A program made the translations under genes and the position numbers. The notes beneath the pieces are model-generated. The model did no database searches, was not told where the DNA came from, and worked only from the letters and a program-made list of their open reading frames with translations. Shown here piece after piece: positions 19,576 to 29,762 of a DNA stretch of 64,000 nucleotides (positions within the stretch are counted from its first letter, which is position 1; every line of letters starts with the position of its first letter). Source of the DNA: Alphaproteobacteria bacterium (lineage in GTDB: Bacteria; Pseudomonadota; Alphaproteobacteria; MPNO01); the NCBI GenBank assembly GCA_965248835.1, contig CBDFLJ010000002.1:2496001-2560000 (forward strand). The letters are read 5' to 3'.

Positions 19576-20886
19576 TTAGAGCAGGCCGGGCAGCCAGATT
19601 GCAAGCGGCGGAAACGCCGCGATCACCGTCATACCGACCAGGAAGATGCAGACAAACGGCCAGGTGGCGCTGAAGATGTCGGCCAACGGCACGTGCGGCG
19701 CCGAGCCCTTGAAGGCGAACATGGTATAGCCGAAGGGCGGCGTGATCCCGCCGACGGTGACGTTCAGCAGCATGATCAGCCAGAACCAGATCGGATCGAA
19801 ACCGAGCGTGGCGAGCAGCGGCTGGTAGATCGGGATCACCACCAGCATCAGCGCGATCTGGTCGATGAACATGCACAGCACGAACGGAATCACCATCATG
19901 ATGAACAGCATCACGTAGGGCTCGAAGCCGAGCGTGGTGATCAGCGCCGTCAGTTCCCGGGTCGAGCCGGTGAAGGCCAGGAGCTGGCTGAACATCTTCG
20001 AGCTCGCCATGATCACCAGGATCATCGCGGTGATATAGGCCGCCGAGGCAACCGATTCGGAGATCATCTTCCAGTTGAGCCTGCGGTAGTAGGCCGCGGT
20101 GAGCAGCGCACCCAGGACTCCGGTCGCGGCCGATTCGGAAGGCGTCGCGATGCCGAGCAGGATGAAGCCCATCACGCAGAAGATGATGATCGCGAACGGC
20201 AGCACCCGGAGGACGGCGAGCAGCATCTCCCAGACGGTGACCTTCGGCGCGGCGTCGGAATCGCCGTAAGGGGCGAGCTCGGGCCTCAGCCGCACGCGGG
20301 CGAAGATGTAGACCAGGAACATGCCCGACAGCATCAGCCCCGGCAGGATGCCGGCAATCAACAGCCCGGCGATCGTCACGTCGGCCAACGTGCCTATGAT
20401 GATCACCAGGACGCTCGGCGGGATGATCGGCGCCAGGCTCGCGCCGGCCAGGATCGCCCCGATCGAAAGCCGCGAATCGTATTTGCGCTCTATCATCCCG
20501 GGATAGAGCGAGCGCGCCATCATCGCCGCAACGCCCATCGCGGCGCCGGACAGTGCCCCGAAAATCGTCGACAGCACGATGCACAAGACGTATTGGCGGC
20601 CGCGCACCTTGCCGACCAGCTTGTCGACGCTGTCGAACAGGATGTCGATCGAGCCCGAGCGGAACAGCAGCTCGCCCATCAGGATGAACAGCGGCACCGC
20701 GGACATCGCCGCGACGTTGGTGGTCTCGAAGATCGAGTTGGCGACCATGCCGAATCCCGGCTGGCCGAGCACGATCAGCACGCCGGTGATATTGATCACC
20801 AGGAAGGCGATGAAGATCGGCGCGCCGGTCAGGAACGCCGCCAGCAGCAGCGCCAGCCCGCCCGCAAGGATCGCCCACCATTCCAT
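19576..20886 (-). CDS. dctM: TRAP transporter large permease
   Basis: AVPLFILMGE, LAPIIPPS, TPSESAA, ITPPFG. Confidence 0.93.
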   Translation of the reverse strand: MEWWAILAGGLALLLAAFLTGAPIFIAFLVINITGVLIVLGQPGFGMVANSIFETTNVAAMSAVPLFILMGELLFRSGSIDILFDSVDKLVGKVRGRQYVLCIVLSTIFGALSGAAMGVAAMMARSLYPGMIERKYDSRLSIGAILAGASLAPIIPPSVLVIIIGTLADVTIAGLLIAGILPGLMLSGMFLVYIFARVRLRPELAPYGDSDAAPKVTVWEMLLAVLRVLPFAIIIFCVMGFILLGIATPSESAATGVLGALLTAAYYRRLNWKMISESVASAAYITAMILVIMASSKMFSQLLAFTGSTRELTALITTLGFEPYVMLFIMMVIPFVLCMFIDQIALMLVVIPIYQPLLATLGFDPIWFWLIMLLNVTVGGITPPFGYTMFAFKGSAPHVPLADIFSATWPFVCIFLVGMTVIAAFPPLAIWLPGLL

Positions 20887-20889
20887 GGT

Positions 20890-21411
20890 TCAGCCGTGCC
20901 CGCCGGTGGCCGGCTTTTCCGCGCCGAGCGAGCGCGGATCGAGCATGCGCAGGAAGTAGAGCGCCGAGCTGGCGAAGCCGTAGGTGATCCAGGCCGAGAT
21001 GTAGATCTTCGGGATCGGCTTGACCTTCATCAGATGGACGTCCTTGACGATCTGACGGATGTTCTCGTCAACGCTGATCCAGGTCGCGGCGACGCAGGCG
21101 AGAAATGCCACCAGGTAGATGAACCAGTAGAAGGTCCTGGCCTTGCGGGCGTCGAGCATCTCGAGGAGCACGGTGACCGCGACGTGGCCCTTCTCCTTGG
21201 TGACGCAGGGCATCATCAGAAAGCAGCCGATGCACAGCGAATACTGCACCGCCTCGGACGACCACCAGGTCGGCGCGCCGAAGAAGTAGCGCGCGAAGAC
21301 CTCGTAGCAATAGGCGAAGACGATGATGCCGAGACAGAGCTTGGACAGGTGGAATCCGATCCTGGTGAGACCGTCATGGACGCGCGCGAGCGCGCTCAGC
21401 GCTTCACCCAT
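20890..21411 (-). CDS. dctQ: TRAP transporter small permease
   Basis: 4 TM, EVFARYFF..P..W..E, HVAV; lies between dctP and dctM. Confidence 0.9.
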   Translation of the reverse strand: MGEALSALARVHDGLTRIGFHLSKLCLGIIVFAYCYEVFARYFFGAPTWWSSEAVQYSLCIGCFLMMPCVTKEKGHVAVTVLLEMLDARKARTFYWFIYLVAFLACVAATWISVDENIRQIVKDVHLMKVKPIPKIYISAWITYGFASSALYFLRMLDPRSLGAEKPATGGHG

Positions 21412-21461
21412 CGGCCCTGCCCCGGCATAGCGTCATCGCCGCCGCTCCGCGAAACGCGCGG

Positions 21462-22448
21462 TCAGTCGGTCAGATTGGCCTTCTTGGCGATCGCGTAGAG
21501 CTCATCGGCGCCGTCGGCGCAGCACTTGCGTGCCAGCTCCCACAGGCTCTTGCTCCAGGCGGTCTTGACCACGGCCGCCTTGTCCGGGGGCAGGTGCAGA
21601 GTCTTGACGCCGAACTTGTCGAGCGCGCGGGTCTCATCGGCCAGGATCTCGCCGCCGACCCAGGGCATCTCGAGCTCGGTCCGGCGACCGGCGTCCAGCA
21701 GCACCGCCTTTTCCTCGGCGTTGAGCTTGTTCCAGGAATCGAGGTTGATCAGGATCGGCTCGTTCGAGTTCCCGAAGGTCGGCCGAACGCGGTATTTGGC
21801 AACCTCGTAATGCTTCATCGACAGCATGCCGGCAGCCGGCCAGCAGGCGCCGTCGACGACGCCCTTCTCCAGCGCGGTATAGATCTGCGCCGGCGGCAGG
21901 ACGACCGGCGAACCGCCGAGCGCCCGAATCACGCCGTGATAGCTCGATGTCCCGCGGATCTTGCGGCCCTTGACGTCGCCGTCCGCGCTCAGCGGCTCCT
22001 TGAGGAACATGTGGTAGCCGGAGAAGCTCTGAGTGATCAGCGCGACCAGCTTCAGATTGTTGTGCTTCTGGTAGTACTTGTCGACGAAGTCCCAGACGCC
22101 CGAAGCGCGCCGCTTGAGCGGATCCATCTCGATCGCATCGACAACCAGCGCGATGCCCTTGGAGCCGGCGTGATAGACGCCGTGGGTGTAGAGCATGTCG
22201 AACACGCCCGAGGCGACCGGCTGGAGCTGCTCGAACGGCGGCACCACTTCGGGGCCCGAAATGGAGATCTTGACCGTATCGCCGCCGATCGCCTTGACGT
22301 TGTTGAGATATTGCTCGAGCACGGCATAGGACGGCCAGTTGTTCTTGTTCCAGCTCGTCAGCAGCTTGAGGCTCGCCGCCTCGACCGCGCCGGTTGCGGC
22401 GACAGCAAGCGCGATACCGGCGAGCAACGGTTTCCAGAGTCGTTTCAT
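21462..22448 (-). CDS. dctP: TRAP substrate-binding protein
   Basis: Signal peptide MKRLWKPLL, GRKIR, LGGSPV, IYTALEKGVVDG, YEVAKY. Confidence 0.9.
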   Translation of the reverse strand: MKRLWKPLLAGIALAVAATGAVEAASLKLLTSWNKNNWPSYAVLEQYLNNVKAIGGDTVKISISGPEVVPPFEQLQPVASGVFDMLYTHGVYHAGSKGIALVVDAIEMDPLKRRASGVWDFVDKYYQKHNNLKLVALITQSFSGYHMFLKEPLSADGDVKGRKIRGTSSYHGVIRALGGSPVVLPPAQIYTALEKGVVDGACWPAAGMLSMKHYEVAKYRVRPTFGNSNEPILINLDSWNKLNAEEKAVLLDAGRRTELEMPWVGGEILADETRALDKFGVKTLHLPPDKAAVVKTAWSKSLWELARKCCADGADELYAIAKKANLTD

Positions 22449-22636
22449 CTTGACGCTCCCCCTTGTTCGTTGAACCAGCCGATTGACCCGGGCGCGCCCG
22501 GACGGCGGAGGCTCATTTAAGCAAGCCCCGGCACACAGGACAAGTTCGATATCTAACGGGTCCTCCGCGCCGGCTTGCACCCGGCGAGGCCGCCTCGATA
22601 CTCTTGCCTGCCACGCCAACCAACGGAGCGCCAGCC

Positions 22637-23395
22637 ATGACAGCCCCCAGCACCCGCATCGGATCGCCCACCTCGGACACCGCCCGGTTTCGGATGCGAG
22701 GCAAGGATGTCCTCGAAGAGATCATCGGCGAGAAGAGTTTCTCCGAGGCGTTCTACCTGATCGTCACCGGACGCGAGCCGAGCGCGGGCCAGGTCAGGAT
22801 CTTCGATGCCTGCCTGATCATCCTGATGGACCACGGCATCACCCCGATGGCGCTGGTCTCGCGCGTCGTCGAGGACGCGGTGCCGACGGACATCCAGGTG
22901 CCGGTGGCCGCCGGCATCCTGATGGTGGGCAACAAGTTCGCCGGCACCATGGCCGGATGCGGCCAGATCCTCCAGGACTGCAAGGCCGCCGGCGGCGACG
23001 ACCGGGCGTGGCTCGCCGCCAAGGTCGCCGAATTCCGCGCCCAGAAGCGCTTCGTTCCGGGGTTCGGTCACCCCTATTACAAGCCCGACGACCCGCGCGC
23101 GGCGCGGCTGTTCGATGTCGCGATGAAGAACGGCGCCAAGGGGGAGTATATCGCGCTGGTCAAGATCCTTGGCGAGGAGGTCGACAAGGCCGCGGGACGC
23201 CATCTGACGCTGAACGTGACCGGCGCGCTCGGCGCGATCCTTTCCGAGATCGACTTCCCGGTCGAGGTGATGCGCGCATGTTCGGTCGTCGGCCGCGCCG
23301 CCGGGCTGGTCGCCCACGTGCTGGAGGAGAAATCCAACCCGATCACCCCGTCGCTGGTCGAATTCGCAAACAACATCGCCTACGTCGAGGACTGA
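22637..23395 (+). CDS. Citryl-CoA lyase-like protein (citrate synthase family)
   Basis: MRGKD, DHGITP, VPGFGHP, DPR, LNVTG, RAAGLVAH. Confidence 0.85.
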   Translation: MTAPSTRIGSPTSDTARFRMRGKDVLEEIIGEKSFSEAFYLIVTGREPSAGQVRIFDACLIILMDHGITPMALVSRVVEDAVPTDIQVPVAAGILMVGNKFAGTMAGCGQILQDCKAAGGDDRAWLAAKVAEFRAQKRFVPGFGHPYYKPDDPRAARLFDVAMKNGAKGEYIALVKILGEEVDKAAGRHLTLNVTGALGAILSEIDFPVEVMRACSVVGRAAGLVAHVLEEKSNPITPSLVEFANNIAYVED

Positions 23396-23560
23396 ACCGT
23401 CTCCGCCGGCGCCCCGATCGAGGATCCTGCCGACCGCGCGAGCGGGTTTCGGTGCCCACAACCTGATACGGCGGTTCCGGACGGCCGGTCCGGCCGGGCG
23501 CGGATTTGACCGCCCGCCGGTCGATGGTAGCCTCGGCAGCGCACTCCGAAGGATGACGAC

Positions 23561-24823
23561 GTGACACCGCAGCGTTTGCCCGACGGCGAGACGGCGGACG
23601 CCGTCGACGGCGCATACGCCTGGGGCCGCCTGGGCCTGTCGGTGATCCTCGCATCGATCGGTAGCCTGGGCCTGTGGTCCTATGTCGTGGTGCTGCCGAC
23701 GATCCAGGCCGAGTTCGACATCGACCGCAGCAGCGCCTCGCTGCCCTTCACCCTGACGATGGCGGGGTTCGCGCTGGGCAATGCCGTTTTCGGCCGCTTC
23801 ACCGACCGCTGGGGCATCACCCGGCCGGTGATCGCGGCCGCCCTGTCGCTGTGCTGCGGTTTCATCGGCACCGCGATGACCTCCTCCATCTGGGCGTTCG
23901 CGCTCATCCACGGCGCGCTGATCGGCATCGGCACCGCTTCGACCTTCGGCCCGCTGATCGCCGACATCTCCCACTGGTTCCGGCGGCGGCGGGGCATCGC
24001 GGTCGCAGCGGTGGCCTGCGGCAACTACATCGCCGGAACCATCGCCCCGCCCATCCTGCAGGCGGTGGTGGAATCCGACGGCTGGCGGACCGCCTATGTC
24101 GTGATGGGGCTGTTCTGCCTCGCCGCCATGGTGCCGCTTGCGCTGACGCTGCGGCGACGGCCGGTGCATACGCTCCAAGGCGCGGAAAGCGCCGGCGGCA
24201 GGCCGGCCCGGCAAATCGATCTGTCGCCGCGCGCGCTGCAGGTCCTGCTGGTCATCGCCGGCCTTGCGTGCTGCGTGGCGATGTCGATGCCGCAGGTCCA
24301 TATCGTCGCCTATTGCGCCGACCTCGGCCACGGTGTCGCGCGCGGGGCGGAGATCCTCTCGCTCATGCTGGGCGTGGGGATAATCAGTCGGCTGGCCTCG
24401 GGCTATCTGGCCGATCACATCGGCGGGGTGCGCACCATGCTGATCGGCTCGATGGGCCAGGGCCTGGCGCTGATCCTCTTCCTGCCCTTTGACGGTCTGG
24501 TCTCGCTCTACGTCATCGCGATGCTGTTCGGCCTTGCCCAGGGCGGGATCGTGCCGTGCTACGTGATCATCGTGCGCGAATACCTTCCGGCCAGGGAGGC
24601 CGGCCGGCGGGTCGGCGTCATCTACATGGCGACCATCGCGGGGATGGCGTTCGGCGGCTGGCTGACCGGGTGGATCTACGACGTCACCGGCTCCTATCAC
24701 GCGGCCTTTCTCAACGGAATCGCCTGGAACGTGCTGAACGCATCGATCATCCTGATGGTCTTGTGGCGCACCCGCCGGCCGACCGGCGGGCAGGCGGTGG
24801 GTGTGGCGGTCCCCGGCGGGTAG
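23561..24823 (+). CDS. MFS transporter
   Basis: 12 TM, GRFTDRWG, WFRRRRGIA, GYLADHIG. Confidence 0.9.
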   Translation: MTPQRLPDGETADAVDGAYAWGRLGLSVILASIGSLGLWSYVVVLPTIQAEFDIDRSSASLPFTLTMAGFALGNAVFGRFTDRWGITRPVIAAALSLCCGFIGTAMTSSIWAFALIHGALIGIGTASTFGPLIADISHWFRRRRGIAVAAVACGNYIAGTIAPPILQAVVESDGWRTAYVVMGLFCLAAMVPLALTLRRRPVHTLQGAESAGGRPARQIDLSPRALQVLLVIAGLACCVAMSMPQVHIVAYCADLGHGVARGAEILSLMLGVGIISRLASGYLADHIGGVRTMLIGSMGQGLALILFLPFDGLVSLYVIAMLFGLAQGGIVPCYVIIVREYLPAREAGRRVGVIYMATIAGMAFGGWLTGWIYDVTGSYHAAFLNGIAWNVLNASIILMVLWRTRRPTGGQAVGVAVPGG

Positions 24824-24833
24824 GGAGGCGAGC

Positions 24834-26147
24834 ATGGACCAGGTGCTGAATGCGATAGACGACGACCGCAACGACCTGGTCGCGCTCTGTCTGAGCCTCG
24901 GCAACCTGCGCGACTACCCGGGCGAAGAGCGCGCGGTGGGCGAAGCGGCGCTGGCCTGGCTGCAGGAGGCCGGCATCGAGGGCCACCTGCAATGGCTGGG
25001 GGCGGACAGCGTCAATCTGGTGGGCCTGCTGCGCGGCACCGGCGACCGCGCGGGCGGCGGGCGCTCGCTGATCTTCAACGCCCACATGGACACCCAGGGC
25101 GGCGTCCCTGACGGCGGCCCCGAGGCGGTGCGCCGGATCCGCGGCGCCTTCGAGGCCGAAGGCATGCTGCACGGCCGCGGGCTCGCCAACGACAAGGCGC
25201 AGCTTGCGGCCGAGATGATCGCCGTCCGGGCGATCAAGAATGCCGGGGTGCGGCTGAAGGAAGACCTCTACGTCACCGGCGTCGCCCAGGAGACCATGGC
25301 ACCGCCGGCCGCCATCGAGGACTTCGCTTCGTGGTCCGGCATCGGGCCGTCGTCGAGCCAGATCCGCGAGGGGCACGGCGCGCGCTGGCTGGTCGAGCAC
25401 GGCGTGGTCGCCGACTACGCTTTGGTCGGCGAGGTCTCGGACTTCACCATGACCGTGGCCCAGGCCGGCTATCTGCGTCTGCGCATCGCGATCGAGGGCA
25501 ACGTGGCCTACACCCCGGGGCTGCGCCGCGGACCGGCGCCCGGCGACAGCCCCAACCCGTTCGAGAGGGCCGCGCCGGTGCTGAGCGCGCTGGAGGGCTG
25601 GGCGCGCGACTTCGAGACCGCCGGGCGGTTCGCGTTCTGGGGCGGGACGCTCGCACCCAGGGCCCAGGTGCACGAGATCCGGCCGGCCGGGCTCGCCTGG
25701 ACCAACCCGCGTGATCACTGCTTCATCTATTTCGACATCCGCCTGGTGCCCGACGCGCGGCCGGCCGAGGTCATCCATTCGGTCCGACAGGCAGTCGCGC
25801 GCAGCGGCGTGGCATGCGCGGTTTCGGCCTATGACTACAAGCGCGGCTATGTCGCCGACGGCGCCGAGAAGCTGATCGAGGCGCTCAAGGCCGCCCACGA
25901 GACGGTGACCGGCGATGCGCTCGCGTTTGCCGGCACCGAGACCATGGGCATGTGGCGCGACGCAAACGCCTTCAACGAGGGCGGCATCCCGGCCATCGGC
26001 TACGGCCCGCCGACCAAAATCTCCGACGGCGGCAGGGGGGAAGCGGGCGCCACGCGCCCGATCGCGATCGACGACCTTGTCGTCACCGCCAAGGTCTTCG
26101 CACTGACCGCTCTGGAGATTTGCGGGGTGGCCGAGACGGCGGGCTGA
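24834..26147 (+). CDS. M20-family metallohydrolase (ArgE/DapE-like), atypical ligands
   Basis: SLIFNAHMD, HGRGLANDK, VGE, RDAN.FNE.GIP..YGP. Confidence 0.8.
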   Translation: MDQVLNAIDDDRNDLVALCLSLGNLRDYPGEERAVGEAALAWLQEAGIEGHLQWLGADSVNLVGLLRGTGDRAGGGRSLIFNAHMDTQGGVPDGGPEAVRRIRGAFEAEGMLHGRGLANDKAQLAAEMIAVRAIKNAGVRLKEDLYVTGVAQETMAPPAAIEDFASWSGIGPSSSQIREGHGARWLVEHGVVADYALVGEVSDFTMTVAQAGYLRLRIAIEGNVAYTPGLRRGPAPGDSPNPFERAAPVLSALEGWARDFETAGRFAFWGGTLAPRAQVHEIRPAGLAWTNPRDHCFIYFDIRLVPDARPAEVIHSVRQAVARSGVACAVSAYDYKRGYVADGAEKLIEALKAAHETVTGDALAFAGTETMGMWRDANAFNEGGIPAIGYGPPTKISDGGRGEAGATRPIAIDDLVVTAKVFALTALEICGVAETAG

Positions 26148-26162
26148 GTCCGGCGCGTTTGG

Positions 26163-26981
26163 TTACGGCCCGTTCGAGTCCAGCCAGCCGGGCTCCACCC
26201 GCGGCAGCGGGATAGCAGCCAGCAATTCGCGGGTATATGCATGCCGCGGACTCGCAAAAATATCCGTGCACGCACCCTCTTCCACCACCTTGCCGTCCAG
26301 CATCACCAGGACGCGGGCACAGACCGCCCTAACGACCGACAGATCGTGGCTGATGAACAGGAGCGCGAGCCCCATTTCCTCACGCAGGTTGCGCAGCAGA
26401 TCAAGAATTTGCGCCTGGATCGAGACGTCGAGCCCGGAGACGATCTCGTCGGCGACGACGAATTGCGGGTTCATCGAGATCGCCCGTGCAATGCCCACCC
26501 GTTGACGCTGCCCGCCGGAAAGCTGATGGGGGTAGCGTGCGCCATAGGCGGCCGGCAGGCCGACGCGCTCCAAAAGCGGACCCACTTGCCCGTACGCCTG
26601 CTTCCTTGAGGCGGCCAGACCAAAGGTGAGCAACGGTTCCATCAGGATGCGGGCGATCCGGTGCCGCGGATTGAGCGATGATTGCGGGTCCTGGAAAATC
26701 ATCTGCATGTGTCGTCTCAGCGGACGCAGTTCGTTTTCGGGCAGGTGGGTGATGTCCTGCCCGCGAAAGAAAATCGTCCCTTCCGCCGGTTCGTAAAGAC
26801 GAAGGAGGGTGCGGCCGAGCGTGGTCTTGCCGCAACCGGATTCACCGACCACGCCCACCGCTTCGCCGGCCGCGATTTCGAGGTCGACGCCGGACAGGAC
26901 CCGCCGGTGCGGCGCCGGCCTGGTGAGCGTCTTGCGGCTTCGGTCGGGAAACGTGACCGCGATTCCGCGCGCCTCAAGCAT
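26163..26981 (-). CDS. dppF: Dpp/Opp-type ABC ATP-binding protein
   Basis: GESGCGKT, FQDP, LSGGQRQR, ADE, HDL, HAYT. Confidence 0.88.
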   Translation of the reverse strand: MLEARGIAVTFPDRSRKTLTRPAPHRRVLSGVDLEIAAGEAVGVVGESGCGKTTLGRTLLRLYEPAEGTIFFRGQDITHLPENELRPLRRHMQMIFQDPQSSLNPRHRIARILMEPLLTFGLAASRKQAYGQVGPLLERVGLPAAYGARYPHQLSGGQRQRVGIARAISMNPQFVVADEIVSGLDVSIQAQILDLLRNLREEMGLALLFISHDLSVVRAVCARVLVMLDGKVVEEGACTDIFASPRHAYTRELLAAIPLPRVEPGWLDSNGP

Positions 26982-27861
26982 GGCGCCGCGTCGCATCGTA
27001 GTCATACGCCTCCTGCCACAATCGAGCGGTGAGCTCGTCGGGCACCGGGCGGAGGCCGGCATCCGGACGGTCATGGCGCGGCGTCGCGCCGAACAGTGCC
27101 CGCGTGTAGTCGTGGCGAGGCGTTTCGAACACATCGGTCACAGGCGCGGTTTCCAGAACCCGACCGGCATAGATCACGCTCACCTCGTCACAGATCTTGG
27201 CGACAACGCCGAGGTCGTGCGTGATGAACAGGATCGCCGCGCCGGTACGCGATTGTTGTTCCTTGATGAGCCGCAAGATCTGCTTTTGCACGGTTACATC
27301 GAGAGCGGTCGTCGGTTCGTCCGCAATGACGAGTTCGGGATCGCAAGAAAAAGCGATCGCGATGATGACGCGCTGCCGCATCCCACCGGAAAGTTCGTGC
27401 GGATACTGCCGCAGCACCCGGGCCGGCTCGCGGATATGAACGGCGTCCAGGAGATCCAGCGCCCGCACCCTGGCGCCGCTTCGAGACAGACCGAGGTGCC
27501 GCCGCAATACGTCAACGATCTGCGTCTGGATGCGGAGTACGGGATTCAGCGCGGTTGTCGGATTCTGCAGGACCATTGATATCTCGCGGCCCAGCAACCC
27601 CTTGCGTGACACCGCATCACGGCCGATGAGCGGGCGGTCGAAAAACCGTGCCTCGCCTTCCGTTATCACCGCCGACGGCGGCAGAATGCCTAGCACGGCC
27701 TTGCCCACCATGGTCTTTCCGGCACCCGACTCACCGACCAGACCATGGACACGGCCTTGCTCTATCCGAAGGTTCACGCCGCGCAGAATGGGCGTGCGGG
27801 TGCCGCGCCCGACGATCTCAAGGTGGAGGTTTTCGATAGACAGGACCGGGGCCGCACTCAA
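26974..27861 (-). CDS. dppD: Dpp/Opp-type ABC ATP-binding protein
   Basis: GESGAGKT, YPHELSGGMRQR, ADEPTTALD, HDL; TTG start overlapping the upstream TGA. Confidence 0.88.
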   Translation of the reverse strand: MSAAPVLSIENLHLEIVGRGTRTPILRGVNLRIEQGRVHGLVGESGAGKTMVGKAVLGILPPSAVITEGEARFFDRPLIGRDAVSRKGLLGREISMVLQNPTTALNPVLRIQTQIVDVLRRHLGLSRSGARVRALDLLDAVHIREPARVLRQYPHELSGGMRQRVIIAIAFSCDPELVIADEPTTALDVTVQKQILRLIKEQQSRTGAAILFITHDLGVVAKICDEVSVIYAGRVLETAPVTDVFETPRHDYTRALFGATPRHDRPDAGLRPVPDELTARLWQEAYDYDATRRHA

Positions 27862-28685
27862 TTCCGCATCACCGGATCGAATGCCTGGCGCAATCCGTCG
27901 CCCAGACAGTTGAGGCCGAGGACCGAGACAATGATGCAGCCGATGGGAAACGTCATCACCCACCAGGCCTGGTGCAGGTATTCCCGACCTTCGGCGATCA
28001 TGCCGCCCCATGTCGCGATATTCGACGACGAAAAACCGACAAAACTCAGAATGGCTTCGACAACGATCGCAATTCCCATTTCGAGCGCAAAGAGAATCAG
28101 CATCAACGGTGCAACGTTGGGCAGCACCTCGCCGAACAGAATCCGTCGCCGGCTTTTGCCGACGACGACCGCGGAAGCCACGAAATCCTGTTCGCGCAGC
28201 ACCAGCACCTCGGCCCGAACGACGCGGCAAAAACGCGTCCAGTCGATGACGATAATGGCGATGACGACGGCATGAAGCCCGGAGCCGATCACGGCGACGA
28301 GGACGATCGCCAGCAGAACCGGTGGAAACGACATGAAGATTTCCACCGTTCTCGAGATCAGCGCATCCGCCCAACCCCCGTAAAACCCGGAAAACAAGCC
28401 TAGCGAAATACCGATCAAGGCGGCGAAGAACGCGCCGAGCGCGGCGACGATCACCGCCGGCCGCGTACCGTAGATCAGTCGGGAAAACACGTCCCGACCA
28501 AGAGAATCCGTCCCCAGAAGATAATCCGTGTCCGCGGCATCGGACCATAGCGGCGGCAGATATTGTGCCATCAGTTCCTGGTCCAGCGGGTCCCTGGGAG
28601 ATAGTACGGAGGCGAACAGCGCACAGAAAACCAGAGCAGCCACGACCGCCAGACCGAATGCCAAGCGTGCGTTCAGCCTATTCAT
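27858..28685 (-). CDS. dppC: Dpp/Opp-type ABC permease
   Basis: LGTDSLGRD, EAILSF, WGGMI, GDGLRQAFDP. Confidence 0.9.
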   Translation of the reverse strand: MNRLNARLAFGLAVVAALVFCALFASVLSPRDPLDQELMAQYLPPLWSDAADTDYLLGTDSLGRDVFSRLIYGTRPAVIVAALGAFFAALIGISLGLFSGFYGGWADALISRTVEIFMSFPPVLLAIVLVAVIGSGLHAVVIAIIVIDWTRFCRVVRAEVLVLREQDFVASAVVVGKSRRRILFGEVLPNVAPLMLILFALEMGIAIVVEAILSFVGFSSSNIATWGGMIAEGREYLHQAWWVMTFPIGCIIVSVLGLNCLGDGLRQAFDPVMRN

Positions 28686-29685
28686 GCCGCACCCGGGGAT
28701 TGAGCAGCGTGTAGGTAAGGTCGATCAGCAGGTTGAGCAGAACGAACAAAACCGCGAAGGCGAGCGTGATTCCCTGAATCAGCGGCAAATCGCGGTTGAT
28801 AACGGCGCTTACGGCCATGTTGCCGATTCCGGGGTAGGCGAAAATCAACTCGATCAGCACCGTGCCGCCCACCAGGAACATGAACTGCACCCCGCTCAAG
28901 GTTACGGTCGGAATCAGCGCGTTGGGAAGCGCGTGGCGCAGCAGGATCCGGGCCCGGCTGAATCCCTTGACCTGCGCGAGCAGGATGTAATCCTGAACCA
29001 TCGCTTCGAGCAGCGAAGTCTTGAGAACGCGCGCGATTGCCGCCGTCAGCGGCAAGCCGAGCGCGAGGGCCGGCAGCAGCAAATGCCTCAACAGCGTCCC
29101 GACGGCACCGAGATCGCCGCGAACGACGCTTTCGATCAAAAAGAAACCGGTGGCGAAATCGAGTGACAAGGTGGGGTCGAGCCGGCCGGAAATCGGCAGA
29201 ACGGGAATCAGAACGCCAAAAAACAGGATCAGCAGCAAAGCCCACAAAAAATCGGGAATCGCGATTGCTATCCCGTTCACGCCGTCGACCAGCACCTCGG
29301 GCCATCGTCCGCGCCAGTAGACCGCGGCACAGCCTAGTGCGACACCCAGCCCGACACCGAAAACGATTGCGAAAGCCACGAGTTCGAGAGTCGGCGGCAA
29401 ATGTGCCAGGATCAGGTCCGTCACGTCTTGTTTGAAGCTGATCGAGACCCCGAAATCGCCGACCGCGATATTCCCGAGATAGACCAGAAACTGTTCGAAG
29501 ATAGACTTGTCGAGGCCGTAGAAGGCCCGCAGACGTTCGACGTCGGCCATCGTTGCTTCGGGGCCGATCATCATCGATACCGGATCACCCGGCACGACCC
29601 GCAAGAGCACAAAGACGATGACGGCGACGCCGATCAGCGTCGGCGCCGCGAGCCACAAGCGTTTCAGTACATAGCTTGCCGACAT
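28678..29685 (-). CDS. dppB: Dpp/Opp-type ABC permease
   Basis: PGDP, GLDK, GDFG, HALPNA, RDLPL, NPRV. Confidence 0.9.
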   Translation of the reverse strand: MSASYVLKRLWLAAPTLIGVAVIVFVLLRVVPGDPVSMMIGPEATMADVERLRAFYGLDKSIFEQFLVYLGNIAVGDFGVSISFKQDVTDLILAHLPPTLELVAFAIVFGVGLGVALGCAAVYWRGRWPEVLVDGVNGIAIAIPDFLWALLLILFFGVLIPVLPISGRLDPTLSLDFATGFFLIESVVRGDLGAVGTLLRHLLLPALALGLPLTAAIARVLKTSLLEAMVQDYILLAQVKGFSRARILLRHALPNALIPTVTLSGVQFMFLVGGTVLIELIFAYPGIGNMAVSAVINRDLPLIQGITLAFAVLFVLLNLLIDLTYTLLNPRVRHE

Positions 29686-29762
29686 TGCCGATTCCCGCGC
29701 CCGACGGACTCCGCCGGGCGCGGGAAAGAGGACTCTATTTCAGGCTCGTCATCTTCGCGGGC

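Noticed and set aside
18550-21498. Very long antisense or alternate-frame ORFs (982 aa here; also 33213-35939, 55539-58340, 40293-42641)
   Set aside because: Shadow ORFs of high-GC coding strands, with Arg/Gly/Ala-rich text and no family motifs
22637-23395. Evidence for rTCA carbon fixation
   Set aside because: No citryl-CoA synthetase or other rTCA gene nearby; Ccl-like proteins are common in catabolic loci
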